63,742 nt of DNA, filler included, from Octopus bimaculoides (GCF_001194135.2; 4 parts of 4 records of this genome joined end to end with filler, not necessarily neighbours in it), one strand, 5' to 3'. Numbered from the whole stretch's first letter, positions 51,798 through 63,663 are shown. A program made the numbers and translations. Notes: generated by a model not told the origin, from the letters alone.

Positions 51798-51831
51798 TAT
51801 AACGTTTCGGTATCTTTTCCTTCCTCAGACA
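51798..51831 (-). ncRNA. Minimal type I hammerhead ribozyme candidate
   Basis: TGT-CTGAGGA-A-GG(AAAAGATA)CC-GAAAC-GT-T-ATA. Confidence 0.55.
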
Positions 51832-52899
51832 GTAGACAAAAGTTTACCCACTCTAGATCTTTTTCTACGCCTACTGAATTGCAAGTATCCGAAATGTTGA
51901 ATTTTCTACTCATCACGGTGATTGACTTTATCAACATTCCACAACACAAACACTCGCTATACAACTAATAGGTGATGAGGTGATTGAGCAGGTTCTTTTC
52001 TGTTGTCTTCTTTCTTCTTGGCATATACTCTTATTCTTATTTCTGTGTCATATACTCAAATATATACAAACATGCATTTATATATANNNNNNNNNNNNNN
52101 NNNNNNNNNNNNNNNNNNNNNNNNNNNNNNNNNNNNNNNNNNNNNNNNNNNNNNNNNNNNNNNNNNNNNNNNNNNNNNNNNNNNNNNNNNNNNNNNNNNN
52201 NNNNNNNNNNNNNNNNNNNNNNNNNNNNNNNNNNNNNNNNNNNNNNNNNNNNNNNNNNNNNNNNNNNNNNNNNNNNNNNNNNNNNNNNNNNNNNNNNNNN
52301 NNNNNNNNNNNNNNNNNNNNNNNNNNNNNNNNNNNNNNNNNNNNNNNNNNNNNNNNNNNNNNNNNNNNNNNNNNNNNNNNNNNNNNNNNNNNNNNNNNNN
52401 NNNNNNNNNNNNNNNNNNNNNNNNNNNNNNNNNNNNNNNNNNNNNNNNNNNNNNNNNNNNNNNNNNNNNNNNNNNNNNNNNNNNNNNNNNNNNNNNNNNN
52501 NNNNNNNNNNNNNNNNNNNNNNNNNNNNNNNNNNNNNNNNNNNNNNNNNNNNNNNNNNNNNNNNNNNNNNNNNNNNNNNNNNNNNNNNNNNNNNNNNNNN
52601 NNNNNNNNNNNNNNNNNNNNNNNNNNNNNNNNNNNNNNNNNNNNNNNNNNNNNNNNNNNNNNNNNNNNNNNNNNNNNNNNNNNNNNNNNNNNNNNNNNNN
52701 NNNNNNNNNNNNNNNNNNNNNNNNNNNNNNNNNNNNNNNNNNNNNNNNNNNNNTGAAGGAATGAATGTATTTATAACGAGTTTCAAAATGGATTTGGGTC
52801 GTTGCTTTATTTTGTATTGTTCTCTTACTAATATAGTGGTCGACACTTCATGTGTTTTGTGTCACCTTCCACATCTCACGAAGTAGTGGAGGGGAGGTT

Positions 52900-52925
52900 G
52901 TAACTTCCGGTTGAGGCGCCAAAAG
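52900..52925. promoter_or_regulatory. Possible promoter element (ETS plus E2F-like)
   Basis: ACTTCCGG 52903-52910 and GGCGCCAAA 52915-52923. Confidence 0.3.
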
Positions 52926-53222
52926 GATCGATAACAAATCACTGTTTCATTGGTCGTCTTCTTGTTGATGGGCTATGGTAGTAGTGATCTTCAGAACTGG
53001 TTGCAATTACATTAACTCTGTTTTGGTGTCCTACTGAAGCAAACAGAAAATAAGAAAATCTCAATTAGAAAGTGTGAAAGAATGAAAATACAAAGAAAAG
53101 AAAGAGTGAATGAATGAATGAATGAATAAATGAAAGAAAAAGAAAACGGAAAATGAAAACACAAGAGGCTGAAGTTTTTAACAAATATTGTATTAGCCTA
53201 ACACATAAATGAAGGAAGAGTG

Positions 53223-53258
53223 TTTTAACGTTTCTGACGTCAGTTCTTCGTCAAAAAA
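53223..53258 (-). ncRNA. Degenerate minimal hammerhead-like motif
   Basis: TTTT-TTGACGA-AGAACTGACGTCA-GAAAC-GT-T-AAAA (C3 altered, stem II imperfect). Confidence 0.35.
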
Positions 53259-53579
53259 GCATAGCAGAAATGAGAAAGAGGAAGTGTGTATGCATGATAT
53301 GCGTGAAGTGTCAATACGAAATTTTATTTTCATTTCCTTTAAAACAATACACATTTACTGTTCCATTACCGATTAATAATTATCACAGCAGTTGCAAGTT
53401 TAGCAGGTTAAATATAAAATTCTTTGATTCTCTGTACAAGTGCTTCTATTTCCTTAACTTATACTGCATACAAAAGTACAGACATACTATATATACGGTA
53501 CGTTATTAAACACACACACACACACACACATACACACGCATACACATCTACACATACATATACATACCTGACGACTTAA

Positions 53580-53760
53580 TTTTTTTATTAACCACACAGG
53601 GTCGAAACACGGAGGGAACAACACAAGGACAGAAAAAACACAATAGTGGACGAAAAATAAAATCGAACGAAAAGAATGGTAATGATAAATCAAAAGGTGG
53701 AATGACGTCTACTCGAACCCCACACTCCAGTTAACTTCAGTGGACGTTTTTAGAAGAAGA
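53580..53760 (-). mobile_element. Orphan 3' end related to the ORF1-only elements
   Basis: TTATTAACCACACAGGG..ACAAGGACAG..AAGGTGGAATG..ACTCGA resembles 15652-15770. Confidence 0.55.
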
Positions 53761-54039
53761 AAAAAAAACATTTTTGACACGTGTTATTTTATCTTCGTCT
53801 CTTTCTCCTTGTTGTGTGTTGCTTGTTTTATATACTTTGTGGACGACTAACATGCATGAAGTGTTACTGGATGTTAATTATCGTAGAAGTTGCAAGGTAA
53901 GACATAAAATTCTTTGTCTCTGTAATAATTATTGTGGCATTTACCGTTAAATTAGCAGTTCTATACATGTGCCATTTCGTTCATTTGCTTATATTTCATA
54001 AATTTACACAGTATACAAAAATACGGACATAGTATATAT

Positions 54040-54960
54040 TTACAATTGCTTACAAAAATAGAGATTGATGTATATTTTTTCTATGTTCATATTTTTTTTG
54101 TTTACAATATTGAAAAAATATGCCACCAAAGAAAAGACGTAATCCCTCCAGAAACACGTATAAAGCGAGCACGATTACAGAAAGCAAAGGCGAGTGTCTC
54201 GACAGAGAAAGGAGACGAGACTTTCTCAAGGTCAGCAGATGCATGCCGCAGCACATCAGTCTCAAGAGAGAAGGGAGATGAGATTTTCCCAATATCAGCT
54301 AAGGCATCTGTAATACTTAATGTTGAATCATTAGAGCAACGTTTAACACCCTAGATTAGACAGAGGTCCAATACAATAGCTCTCAGAAATAGATCACATG
54401 CAAATTCGCTCTTCGCAACATCAGGAGCTGCTTTCAGATATGATCCGTCCTATTCCTATAAAAATGATAACTCTGTACAAAATGGTGTGCTACACTCAAA
54501 TTGTCGTTTCTGCAAAGCGTTCAAATTTCCAAATGAAACAAATGGCATGTGCTGCTCGGGCGGTAAGGTAAGATTGCAAGCACTACCAGCTCCTTACCGT
54601 CTCCCATTGCAACCCATTTCTAGAATGTACCCATTTACCTAGAATATCTGCATTACATCTCCATTCATTTGACTGTCAACCATACGACGGGTCGTGTTAG
54701 ACGTAGCGCTGACCGCATCAAAGGAGAGTATTCCACTGAGCTTTTCGGTGGGTTAGAAAATTACATACCTTCACCCCCAATTTTCCATGATAGGTTAGCA
54801 CTTGGAATCCTCCAATCCTCCGATGTATTACATGTCGATTAGTCGAATTAGACCATCATTTACTCCACAAATATTTTGTTGTCAACGCTGCACTTTCCCG
54901 ATTCACCTGTTTCAACATAACTGTAATATAATCCCGAGCGACGCCGGGTGTCTCTGCTAG
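54040..54960 (+). mobile_element. Internally deleted Helitron
   Basis: AAFRYDPSY..CRFCKAFKFPNETNGMCCSGGKVRL (54421-54597), typical of the RepHel N-terminus; 3' hairpin CCCGAGCGACGCCGGG (54933-54948) then CTAG|T at 54957-54961. Confidence 0.9.
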
Positions 54961-55068
54961 TTCTATATATATATATATATATATATATGCACATATATGT
55001 AACTATATACATACACACTCACATATATACATGTACACATGCACGCACGCTCCTCCCCCATGTATATA

Positions 55069-55108
<40 letters not shown>

Positions 55109-57379
55109 CGTACATATTATGCTTTACATGGGAGATTTGCTGCATCAGAAACTATTGAAGTCCTAGGCAAGACAGAAACATTCCCGTCTGGGCCTTCACT
55201 CCAATGAGAAACCCCCCACGAGTAGATTCATGAGTAACCTTTACCCACAGTGTCCTTCAAAATATTAGTGGTTCTACTTTTGTCTAATCTTTGAATGATC
55301 ACAAAGCAAAATCGATGTTTGAATTTGAAATCAGAACACCGAGCTTTCACTAAATAATATAATTCATTGTCATAAACCATTTCGGTTGCTGTTTTACCAA
55401 TTCTTTCCCCGACCTTATACCCAACCATCCCAACTCTCAAGGGCCCCACCACCAGCTCCGACTAAGTGACCGACCGACCGACCGACCGACCAAGCCACTA
55501 ACTTACCGACCAGCCCATGTGTTTACAGCTGATAACATTGTCTATAAAAGCTGTTTACAATTACACCAACCAACTGTTTAGTGTTTATGTAACCTATGAC
55601 ATTTGATAAGTGAAAAGAAAGCCAGAAGCTTAAAAGATGACATTTAGACGTATTAGAGAGGAAGAGATACAGGTAGAAAGAGAGAGAGAGTAGCAAAGAG
55701 TTTATGTGTGCATGTTTCCGTGCATGCGTATGTGTTTGTGTGCGTGTGTATGTGCGTGCGTTTATTTCCATTGTGTGTGTATGTGTGTATTTGACGGGTA
55801 TATTTTATTCTTACTCTCTAACACGTGTGTCTTAGTTAATAACGTTATATTGTGACAACGATGAATATGTACCATGTCCAGTTGCCTTAAAGGTAAGACA
55901 TATTATTACCTGTCGTTGGCTTTGACGCGTCAAAAGCAAATCACAATATATATATATATAAAAATATAACACTATAGCTAGCGTGCGAACGTGAGAGCAT
56001 CAAACTTGCTAGAAATGGCAACCCAATCACGATTAAATCTGCTTTACACTGCAGCTTTAAAATATAGGATGAGCAGATTTGTCATTGTAGTGCTAGACAT
56101 ATATATATACAGTATGTGCGAAAAATAAGACGGATTGTTCACGGTTGGATCATAGATCTGCTCAACTAGGCTGACTTAGGGCTATATCCTTCCTCTGAGT
56201 CACATAGGCTCATAAGACCGGTTTCCCGCTTTCCGTGGCGCATGTTTCCTGCCTTGACGGGACGCCAGTCGGTTGCAAGATAGCTCAATTTTACCAGCTG
56301 AATGGAATGGAGCAACGTACAATGAAGAGTCTTGCTCAAGAACACTGCGCATCACCCGATCCAGCAATCGAAACTACAATCCTACGATCATGGGTCCAAC
56401 ACCCTAACCACTAAGCTACGCGGTTCCACCTTAGGACCAGATATCAACAAAAATAACAACGCTGTTAATATTGGGTAACCTGATCATTGGAATATTCTTC
56501 TCAAACTTCGTATTTACTTAATCCCTTCACAACCCACGGGGCCTAGACTGTCGATGACTTTTCTGAGTTGTTCTCGATTCTGGGCTTTTTTTTTTTTTTT
56601 TTTCGCTCCCGGATTTTGATGGTTTAGAATAATCATCGATATTTCTGCAACTTTACTTTTTTCTTCTATCTAGTAGTGTTGGCCCTGCGCAAACTGATTT
56701 TACCTGTAGGAAAAAGGTGACCCATATTAGTTTAACATCTATCTTTTGACCCTCCTAGCATGGAGGACCTCTCCAGGAACTTGCGCTCCGCTGACATAGC
56801 TCCCAGAGTCATTGAGATACACGCGAAAAATTAGAAGAAAACGCACACGCTGCAACAAGGACATGACCTTGTGGTGGAAAGTAACGTCGTGGGTGATCGA
56901 AAGTTCTTACACCGCTCATACGGGTAAGATCTTTGTTTATCACAGGAAAGATAATCTAAGGAAAAACTAAGTAGGGAGCATTAGATTCCTTGGAAGAAAG
57001 CAGCGAATGTATACAAAAACAAGGACGGAAAAAACGAACAATGTTACACAAATACAGTAGGAATAATAACGGGACATAACAACAGATGTCTTTCGACTAA
57101 GGACGAATAAAATTAAGCTGGTGTTTATGGAAATAAGGCCTTACAGCCGGGAAACGAGATTTCACAGGCACAGGGAGAAATAACGATGTTGTACGTACAA
57201 CAGCCGCCCAAGAAAGAAAGGTTAGGCTTGGCCGAACACCGATCACGAGGGAAGAGAAGAGAGAGGTAGAGGCAGAGGGACGAAAGAATTAGGGAGGGGC
57301 AGGAAAAAATGACAGGGACACAGTGAAGTGAAAAGTGGAGGGAGAAGAGAAGGCAAGGAATGTGATATATATATATATG

Positions 57380-57530
57380 ACAAGCTTTTTTAAGTTTCCG
57401 TCTACCAAATTCACTCACAAGGTTTTGGTCGGCCTGAAGATATAGTAAAAAACACTTGCCCAAGGTGCCACGCAGGAGGATTGAACCCAAAACCATGTAG
57501 TTGGGAAGCAAGCTTCTTACCACACATCCA
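57380..57530 (-). mobile_element. SINE family B, 5' half
   Basis: TTCCGTCTACCAAATTCACTCACAAGG..TTGCCCAAGGTGCCACGC. Confidence 0.85.
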
Positions 57531-57827
57531 TACTCCTATCCACACATCTATCCATGATATAAAAAGAAATTTTTCAGATTTGTGATGCAGATAGATATGA
57601 GGCAAATTAACTAGTCAAAGCAATTCAATCAAGAGACAGTTACCACCCCAAAATGTAATTGATCTAATAGGAATTGACACCGTTGGTTCACATGCAACAT
57701 AGCCGTTCTACGCCACTAAATACAATCATTATACATAAAAAAAAATGGGAGAACGTTTGATACTACGAAATGTACACTGTCATGTATGCAGAAAGCAAGG
57801 TGGGAATATTTAATGAATGAGGATGAA

Positions 57828-57860
57828 TTTGACGTTTCGAGCGGAGCTCTTCGTCGGAAA
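57828..57860 (-). ncRNA. Minimal type I hammerhead ribozyme candidate (U4C variant)
   Basis: TTT-CCGACGA-A-GAGC(TCC)GCTC-GAAAC-GT-C-AAA. Confidence 0.6.
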
Positions 57861-58519
57861 TACAGTAAAGTCCAAAGAAGGGAAGATGGAGGAAGAAAAA
57901 ATCGCCAACGATATACACGAGGTTACATTGTGGAATATATANNNNNNNNNNNNNNNNNNNNNNNNNNNNNNNNNNNNNNNNNNATATATATATATATATA
58001 TATATATATACTAAAATATACATTTGTGCCTTTTCCAACTTTATTTACTTTTTTAACTATGTATGTATGTATGTATGTACAGAAAGATGGGGGCATTTGA
58101 TTTGCAATGCAGCGCTCAACCCGACTTTTTGGCTATCTACACTCTCAATTAGTAGTCTTATGGAAAATGGGAATCCTCCAGCGGAAGCACAATGTAAGAG
58201 CGCACCGTTGATGCAGGTCTGAAGAAATACTGCTTAAATGTTTCAAACTTCAAATGTTACGTAACTTTTAACACGGAACTTATGCGTGAATTGACGTTTA
58301 AAACAGAATTGGTACAAAAGCAATTACAACTGGTCATTAAAGATGTGATAAAGTCTTTCTTTGTCATCTTATTTGGATTATAGACATAAAAATGTGTGTG
58401 TGCATAAACTAATAGAAGAACTACATACAGATGCGATTATTAAAAATGCAAGATAAACTTATAAGCGAGTGTTTGTAATAATGGAACATTTAACCACGCC
58501 ATGGCAAACTCGACATCGT

Positions 58520-59030
58520 AAATGGTAAGAAGGAGGAGGAGGAGGAGGAGGGAGAGGTGAAAGAGGAAGAAGCGGAAGGAGAGGTGGAGGAAGGGGTATG
58601 AGAGCAGGAGGAGGGGAGGAAGAGGATGATGATGAGGGGGAAGAAGGAGGAAGTGGAGGAAGAAGGAGTGTGAGGGCAGGTGGAGGGGAGGAAGAGAACG
58701 GTAATGATGAGAAGAAGGAGGAAGAGATGAAAGGAGGAAGAAGAAGGAGGAGAAAGAGGAAGAAGAGGTGAAAGAGGAAGAAGAGGTGAAAGAGGAAGAA
58801 GAGGTGAAAGAGGAAGAAGAGGTAGACGAGAAGGAGGAAGTATGAGGGCAAGAGGAAGGGAGGAAGAAGACGTTGATGATGAGGAGTGGGAGGAGAAGAA
58901 GAAGGAAGAAGAGGAAGGAAAGAAGAAGAAGAAAGAGAAGAAGAAAGAGAAGAAGAAAGAGAAGAAGAAAGAGAAGAAGAAGAAAGGAGGAGGTAGAAAT
59001 GAGGAGGTGGAAGAAGAGGAGGAGTATAGC
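58520..59030 (+). repeat. Polypurine GAG/GAA tract with short tandem duplications
   Basis: Repeated GAAGAGGTGAAAGAGGAA and GAAGAAGAAAGA units. Confidence 0.9.
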
Positions 59031-59662
59031 CAGTACTGACAAAAGAGAAAGTAACACAATTCTCTTTACATCTCTAACTTAGAACAGCCAGACTAACAGG
59101 TGTGTATAAGTGTGTGTGTATGTGTGTACTATGTGCTTGTTTCTTAATACGTGCGTGTGTAGCTGTTTCTCTCTATGTAAAGGTGTGTGTGTATATGTAC
59201 GTGCACGTGTGTGTATGTGTAGGTGTGTGTTTTAATGTGTGTTTTAAAGTAACACTTCGATGAAAGACAGTGTATGTAGTTTCACGTGGTCAGGTGTTGT
59301 AGGAAGAATTCCGGCAAATAACAACAACAACAACGATAACAGCAACAACAACAAAAACAACAACAGCAATAACATCAAGAACATTGAAAGTTTTCCCCCA
59401 ATTGCATCACGACCACGGCGTTGTATCTTCTAAATTTGATAAACATCACGATATCAGACGGAGTGAGGTGGAATACGAGGTAGAAATTGAAGATTACAAC
59501 AGCAGCAGTAGCAGCAGCAGCAACGACAATAAAAACAACAACAACACTACCGAAAGTCACACACACCCCTCACGAAGACCACACGCACCGACTTCACTTC
59601 GTATCGCCACAAATTTTCAAATATCACGTTATCAGACGGAGCATGGAGTTGTGAAGGGAGTT

Positions 59663-59756
59663 AGAGAGAGAGAGACAGAGACAGAGAGAGACAGAGACAG
59701 AGAGAGACAGAGAGAGAGACAGAGACAGAGAGAAAGAGAGAGAGAGAGACAGAGAC

Positions 59757-59787
<31 letters not shown>

Positions 59788-59806
59788 GAGAGACAGAGAG
59801 AGAGAC

Positions 59807-59839
<33 letters not shown>

Positions 59840-60170
59840 CAGAGAGAGACAGAGAGAGAGGCAGAGAGAGATAGAGACAGAGAGAGACAGAGAGAGACAC
59901 AGAGAGAGACAGAGAGAGACAGAGAGAGAGACAGAGACAGACAGAGACAGAGAGAGACAGAGAGAGAGACAGAGAGAGACAGAGAAAGACAGAGAGAGAC
60001 ACAGAGAGAGACAGAGAGAGAGACAGAGAGAGACAGAGACAGAGAGAGACAGAGAGAGACAGAGAGAGAGAGACAGAGACAGACAGAGACAGAGAGAGAC
60101 AGAGAGAGACAGAGAGAGACACAGAGAGAGACACAGAGAGACAGAGAGAGAGACACAGAGAGACAGAGAC

Positions 60171-60201
<31 letters not shown>

Positions 60202-60388
60202 GACAGAGAGAGAGACAGAGAGAGACACAGAGAGACACAGAGAGAGACAGAGAGAGACAGAGACAGAGAGAGACAGAGAGAGACACAGAGAGAGACACAG
60301 AGACAGACAGAGACAGAGAGAGACAGAGACAGACAGAGACAGAGAGAGACAGAGAGAGAGACAGAGAGAGACAGACAAAGACAGAGAG
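59663..60388 (+). repeat. Compound (GA)n/(GACA)n microsatellite, ~725 bp
   Basis: Direct reading; explains the RE/ET and SL repeat ORFs. Confidence 0.95.
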
Positions 60389-61025
60389 AACTATCGAGGA
60401 TAACTAAAACAATTACAACAACAATACCAACAGTAACAATAACAACAATAATAATAACACTTACAGCATCGAATCGGAGTGGCGAAATCCCCCCCCCCTA
60501 CTCTCCACCCCTCCTACCACCACCCACTATATCCGCCCCTTCGTTTTATTTATCCGTCTTATCTTTTACTCGTTCCAGTCGTCACCGGAGTGCGACTGTG
60601 CGGGAGCACCGCCATGAATATTTAGTCGAATATATCGTCACCCCCACCCCCACTCCAATATATCGTCTTAAAGTTTTGATACTTATTTCTATCGCCGTCT
60701 NNNNNNNNNNNNNNNNNNNNNNNNNNNNNNNNNNNNNNNNNNNNNNNNNNNNNNNNNNNNNNNNNNNNNNNNNNNNNNNNNNNNNNNNNNNNNNNNNNNN
60801 NNNNNNNNNNNNNNNNNNNNNNNNNNNNNNNNNNNNNNNNNNNNNNNNNNNNNNNNNNNNNNNNNNNNNNNNNNNNNNNNNNNNNNNNNNNNNNNNNNNN
60901 NNNNNNNNNNNNNNNNNNNNNNNNNNNNNNNNNNNNNNNNNNNNNNNNNNNNNNNNNNNNNNNNNNNNNNNNNNNNNNNNNNNNNNNNNNNNNNNNNNNN
61001 NNNNNNNNNNNTTGTATTATATATG

Positions 61026-61072
<47 letters not shown>

Positions 61073-61074
61073 GA

Positions 61075-61367
61075 CGACAGACTTCCACACAGTTTCTATC
61101 CACCAAAGCCACTTCCAAGGCATGGGTTGGCTCGGAGGTATTGTAGATGGAACTTGTCCAAATTATCAGGCAGTGGGTCTGAGCCTGAAACCACACAGCT
61201 ATGCCTGCCCCCAAAATTCCAAGGTCTCATATCTGTGGGGAGAGGAGTAGTCGATTACATTGACCACAGTGTTTCACTGGTAGTTAATTTATCGCCCTCG
61301 AAAGGATGAAAGGCAAAGTCGACCTCGGCAGAATTTGAACTCAGAACGTAACGACAGACGAAATACC
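61075..61367 (-). mobile_element. SINE family B 5' fragment plus SINE family A fragment
   Basis: TTTCTATCCACCAAAGCCAC..; GGATGAAAGGCAAAGTCGACCTCGGCAGAATTTGAACTC. Confidence 0.75.
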
Positions 61368-61510
61368 TATTTCTTTACTGCCCACAAGGGGCTACACATA
61401 GAGGGGACAAACAAGGACAGACAAACGGATTAAGTCGATTATATCGACCCCAGTGCGTAACTGGTACTTAATTTATCGACCCCGAAATGATGAAAGGCAA
61501 AGTCGACCTC
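61368..61510 (-). mobile_element. SINE family A variant with a LINE-like 3' tail
   Basis: Family A core followed by a tail sharing CATAGAGGGGACAAACAAGGACA (23/23) with the 3' end of copy E. Confidence 0.8.
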
Positions 61511-61799
61511 ATTGCCATAGAGTACACATTGTATCCTTCTCTGAGCAACTAAACTCTTCATTTTATCGATAGTCCATACCTGCTGTCCGGGCAACAGTCT
61601 TTACTGAAACTTCAGCCGAATGGATCAATGGGTTATTATAATTCCTTTCACCAAAGGCTGGTCTCTGTGTTTACGTAGATTCAGCTCCACCTTCTAGCCA
61701 CCCCACCGCCACTCACCTCTCATGTTGATATCAGCAACAGATTCTCTCAGTCCCTTTGCCTCAAGGAATCCCTCCTGTTTTTTCCAAATTTACCAAAAT

Positions 61800-61985
61800 T
61801 ACATAAAAATATCTTGAAATACTAAAGAGTAAATTTATTCAATAAAACCGTCATCAGCTTTAACTGCAGCCTACAGACGACTTCGGAATTTCCTGCAACT
61901 TTTCTGGACAGTTTCCTTGTTTAAGTTGGTGAATGCTGTCATAATCCTTGCCGGCAGTTCATCTTTGGTGTTCTACATCAGATTC
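61800..61985 (-). mobile_element. Tc1/mariner (DD37D-like) transposase C-terminal remnant
   Basis: NTKDELPARIMTAFTNLNKETVQKSCRKFRSRL*AAVKADDGFIE*. Confidence 0.75.
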
Positions 61986-62709
61986 GCGTTTGGCCGTACG
62001 GCTTTTTAATGTTGTTTTCACTGTCCATTTTTTCCTGTCTTGGTTTGTGTTTGCCACCTTGGAATCCTCTGTTTAGTGGGTCGATCCACTACTCAGGAAG
62101 AGACTATTCTAGAGTACATTCTGCCTTATCTTCGAAACGTCTAATTAGAATAGAGGCAGCTGACGAAGGATTAATTCCAAGTGGCTATCTGTTTTCCTAT
62201 GTGTTCGTTCTGTGGTCTGTAGTTCATTGTTCTAACGTCCTGTACCCTGATATGCATCTATATACACANNNNNNNNNNNNNNNNNNNNNNNNNNNNNNNN
62301 NNNNNNNNNNNNTTAATTAATTAANNNNNNNNNNNNNNNNNNNNNNNNNNNNNNNNNNNNNNNNNNNNAATTAAAAAGCAGCAAAAATATCACAAAAACA
62401 GAGTTCCCGATCGTCGGAGAGTTTTGTCTAGAATGGAAGAAATATAAGATTATAAGCACACATACAATTAGCTTAATGGATACACATTTGAAAATGGTTT
62501 TGTTTCTTTGGTCCTTTCAACTAACGGTCTTTACAATGACCGGTTGCAAGCAATGAACCAAATTCGTTATAAAATCATCTTATAAGATCGAAGAAGACCT
62601 TAAATCAAAAATAGCTTATAAAGAAAGGACAGAGTTTAAATGCTCAGGGTAAATACTATTTTGTAAAATATTAATATAGAGATATATCTACATCATAACG
62701 TATATATGC

Positions 62710-63663
62710 AAACAAATTTTTAAAACTGTTCTATGTGTATAATATTAAAATGTAAAATAAGGAAATTGCACATTAATTTGTTGCAGCATAATTAAATACG
62801 GGAGTAAAAATAAAATGAAAATAAAAATAATAAAAATAAACCTCGGTGAAGCTTAAAATTAAATTTATAAAACAATCGAAGGCTGCTTTAAAAATGAAGT
62901 CGCAATATGCATTAGCGTTGCAATACTAAATAACTGTACTGTGTAAAGTCAAATTCAAATGCGATATTCAAAAAATATATTTCGAAAGTCAAAATAGTTT
63001 ACCCATACGGTATTTTGTCGGTTGATATATTAAATTTTGTAGTATGCCTGCAGGAATTTAAGAGCTCGTGTCTCTGGTTCGAAGCATTTTTATCCTGGAA
63101 GATGTGGAATTTCTCTGAGAGGCAAAGATTCCATTTCATAGGTCTTCTATAAACTCCATGTTTGTATGCTGTTGATTTTTCTAGAATATTCCAGGTTATA
63201 TAGAATGTACGAGTGCCATTCTCTTTCAATTCCCAGACATGCTTTGCAAGACTAGTCGCTGTCCTGATCTCGGGGTATCTGAAAGAATTTCTGTGGGAAT
63301 AGAATCGAGACTTGAATGAAATCTCTGAAGCTCCTGTATATGTTTTATATTCTTGCGAGGCATCTACTTGCACTTTGGCTCTATACACAATACCTTTTTC
63401 AAAACATTTTCCTTCCAGCGGACAGCAAGTGTCATCTTTGCAGTTGCTACATTAATGTATTTTACGACTTCATTTTTGAGAAAGCCTTCGACTGTTTCAT
63501 AAACCTAATTTTAAGCTTAAGCTTAGCCGAGGTTTATTTTTATTATTTTTACTTCTATTTTATTTTTATTCATGTATTTAATTATGTTACATCAAATAAA
63601 TGGACAATTTCCTTATTTTACATTTTAATATTATGCACACCGAACAGATTTTAAAAATTGTTT
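62710..63663 (-). mobile_element. Penelope-like element remnant: Cys linker plus GIY-YIG endonuclease between inverted repeats
   Basis: Open frame 63451-62999 CSNCKDDTCCPLEGKC..IVYRAKV..YTG..FKSRFYSH..LCLSEK..ELLNSCRH; 62710-62923 is an inverted copy of 63443-63663. Confidence 0.85.

Noticed and set aside
58440-59082. Glu/Lys-rich and Leu/Ser-rich ORFs
   Set aside because: Low-complexity polypurine tract with no splice or homology support
59384-60403. 339-aa RE/ET-rich ORF
   Set aside because: Product of the (GA)/(GACA) repeat, which lacks T and so cannot contain stops
60555-60622. Acceptor-like site plus Kozak CACCGCCATG
   Set aside because: The ATG frame closes after three codons (MNI*); no further support
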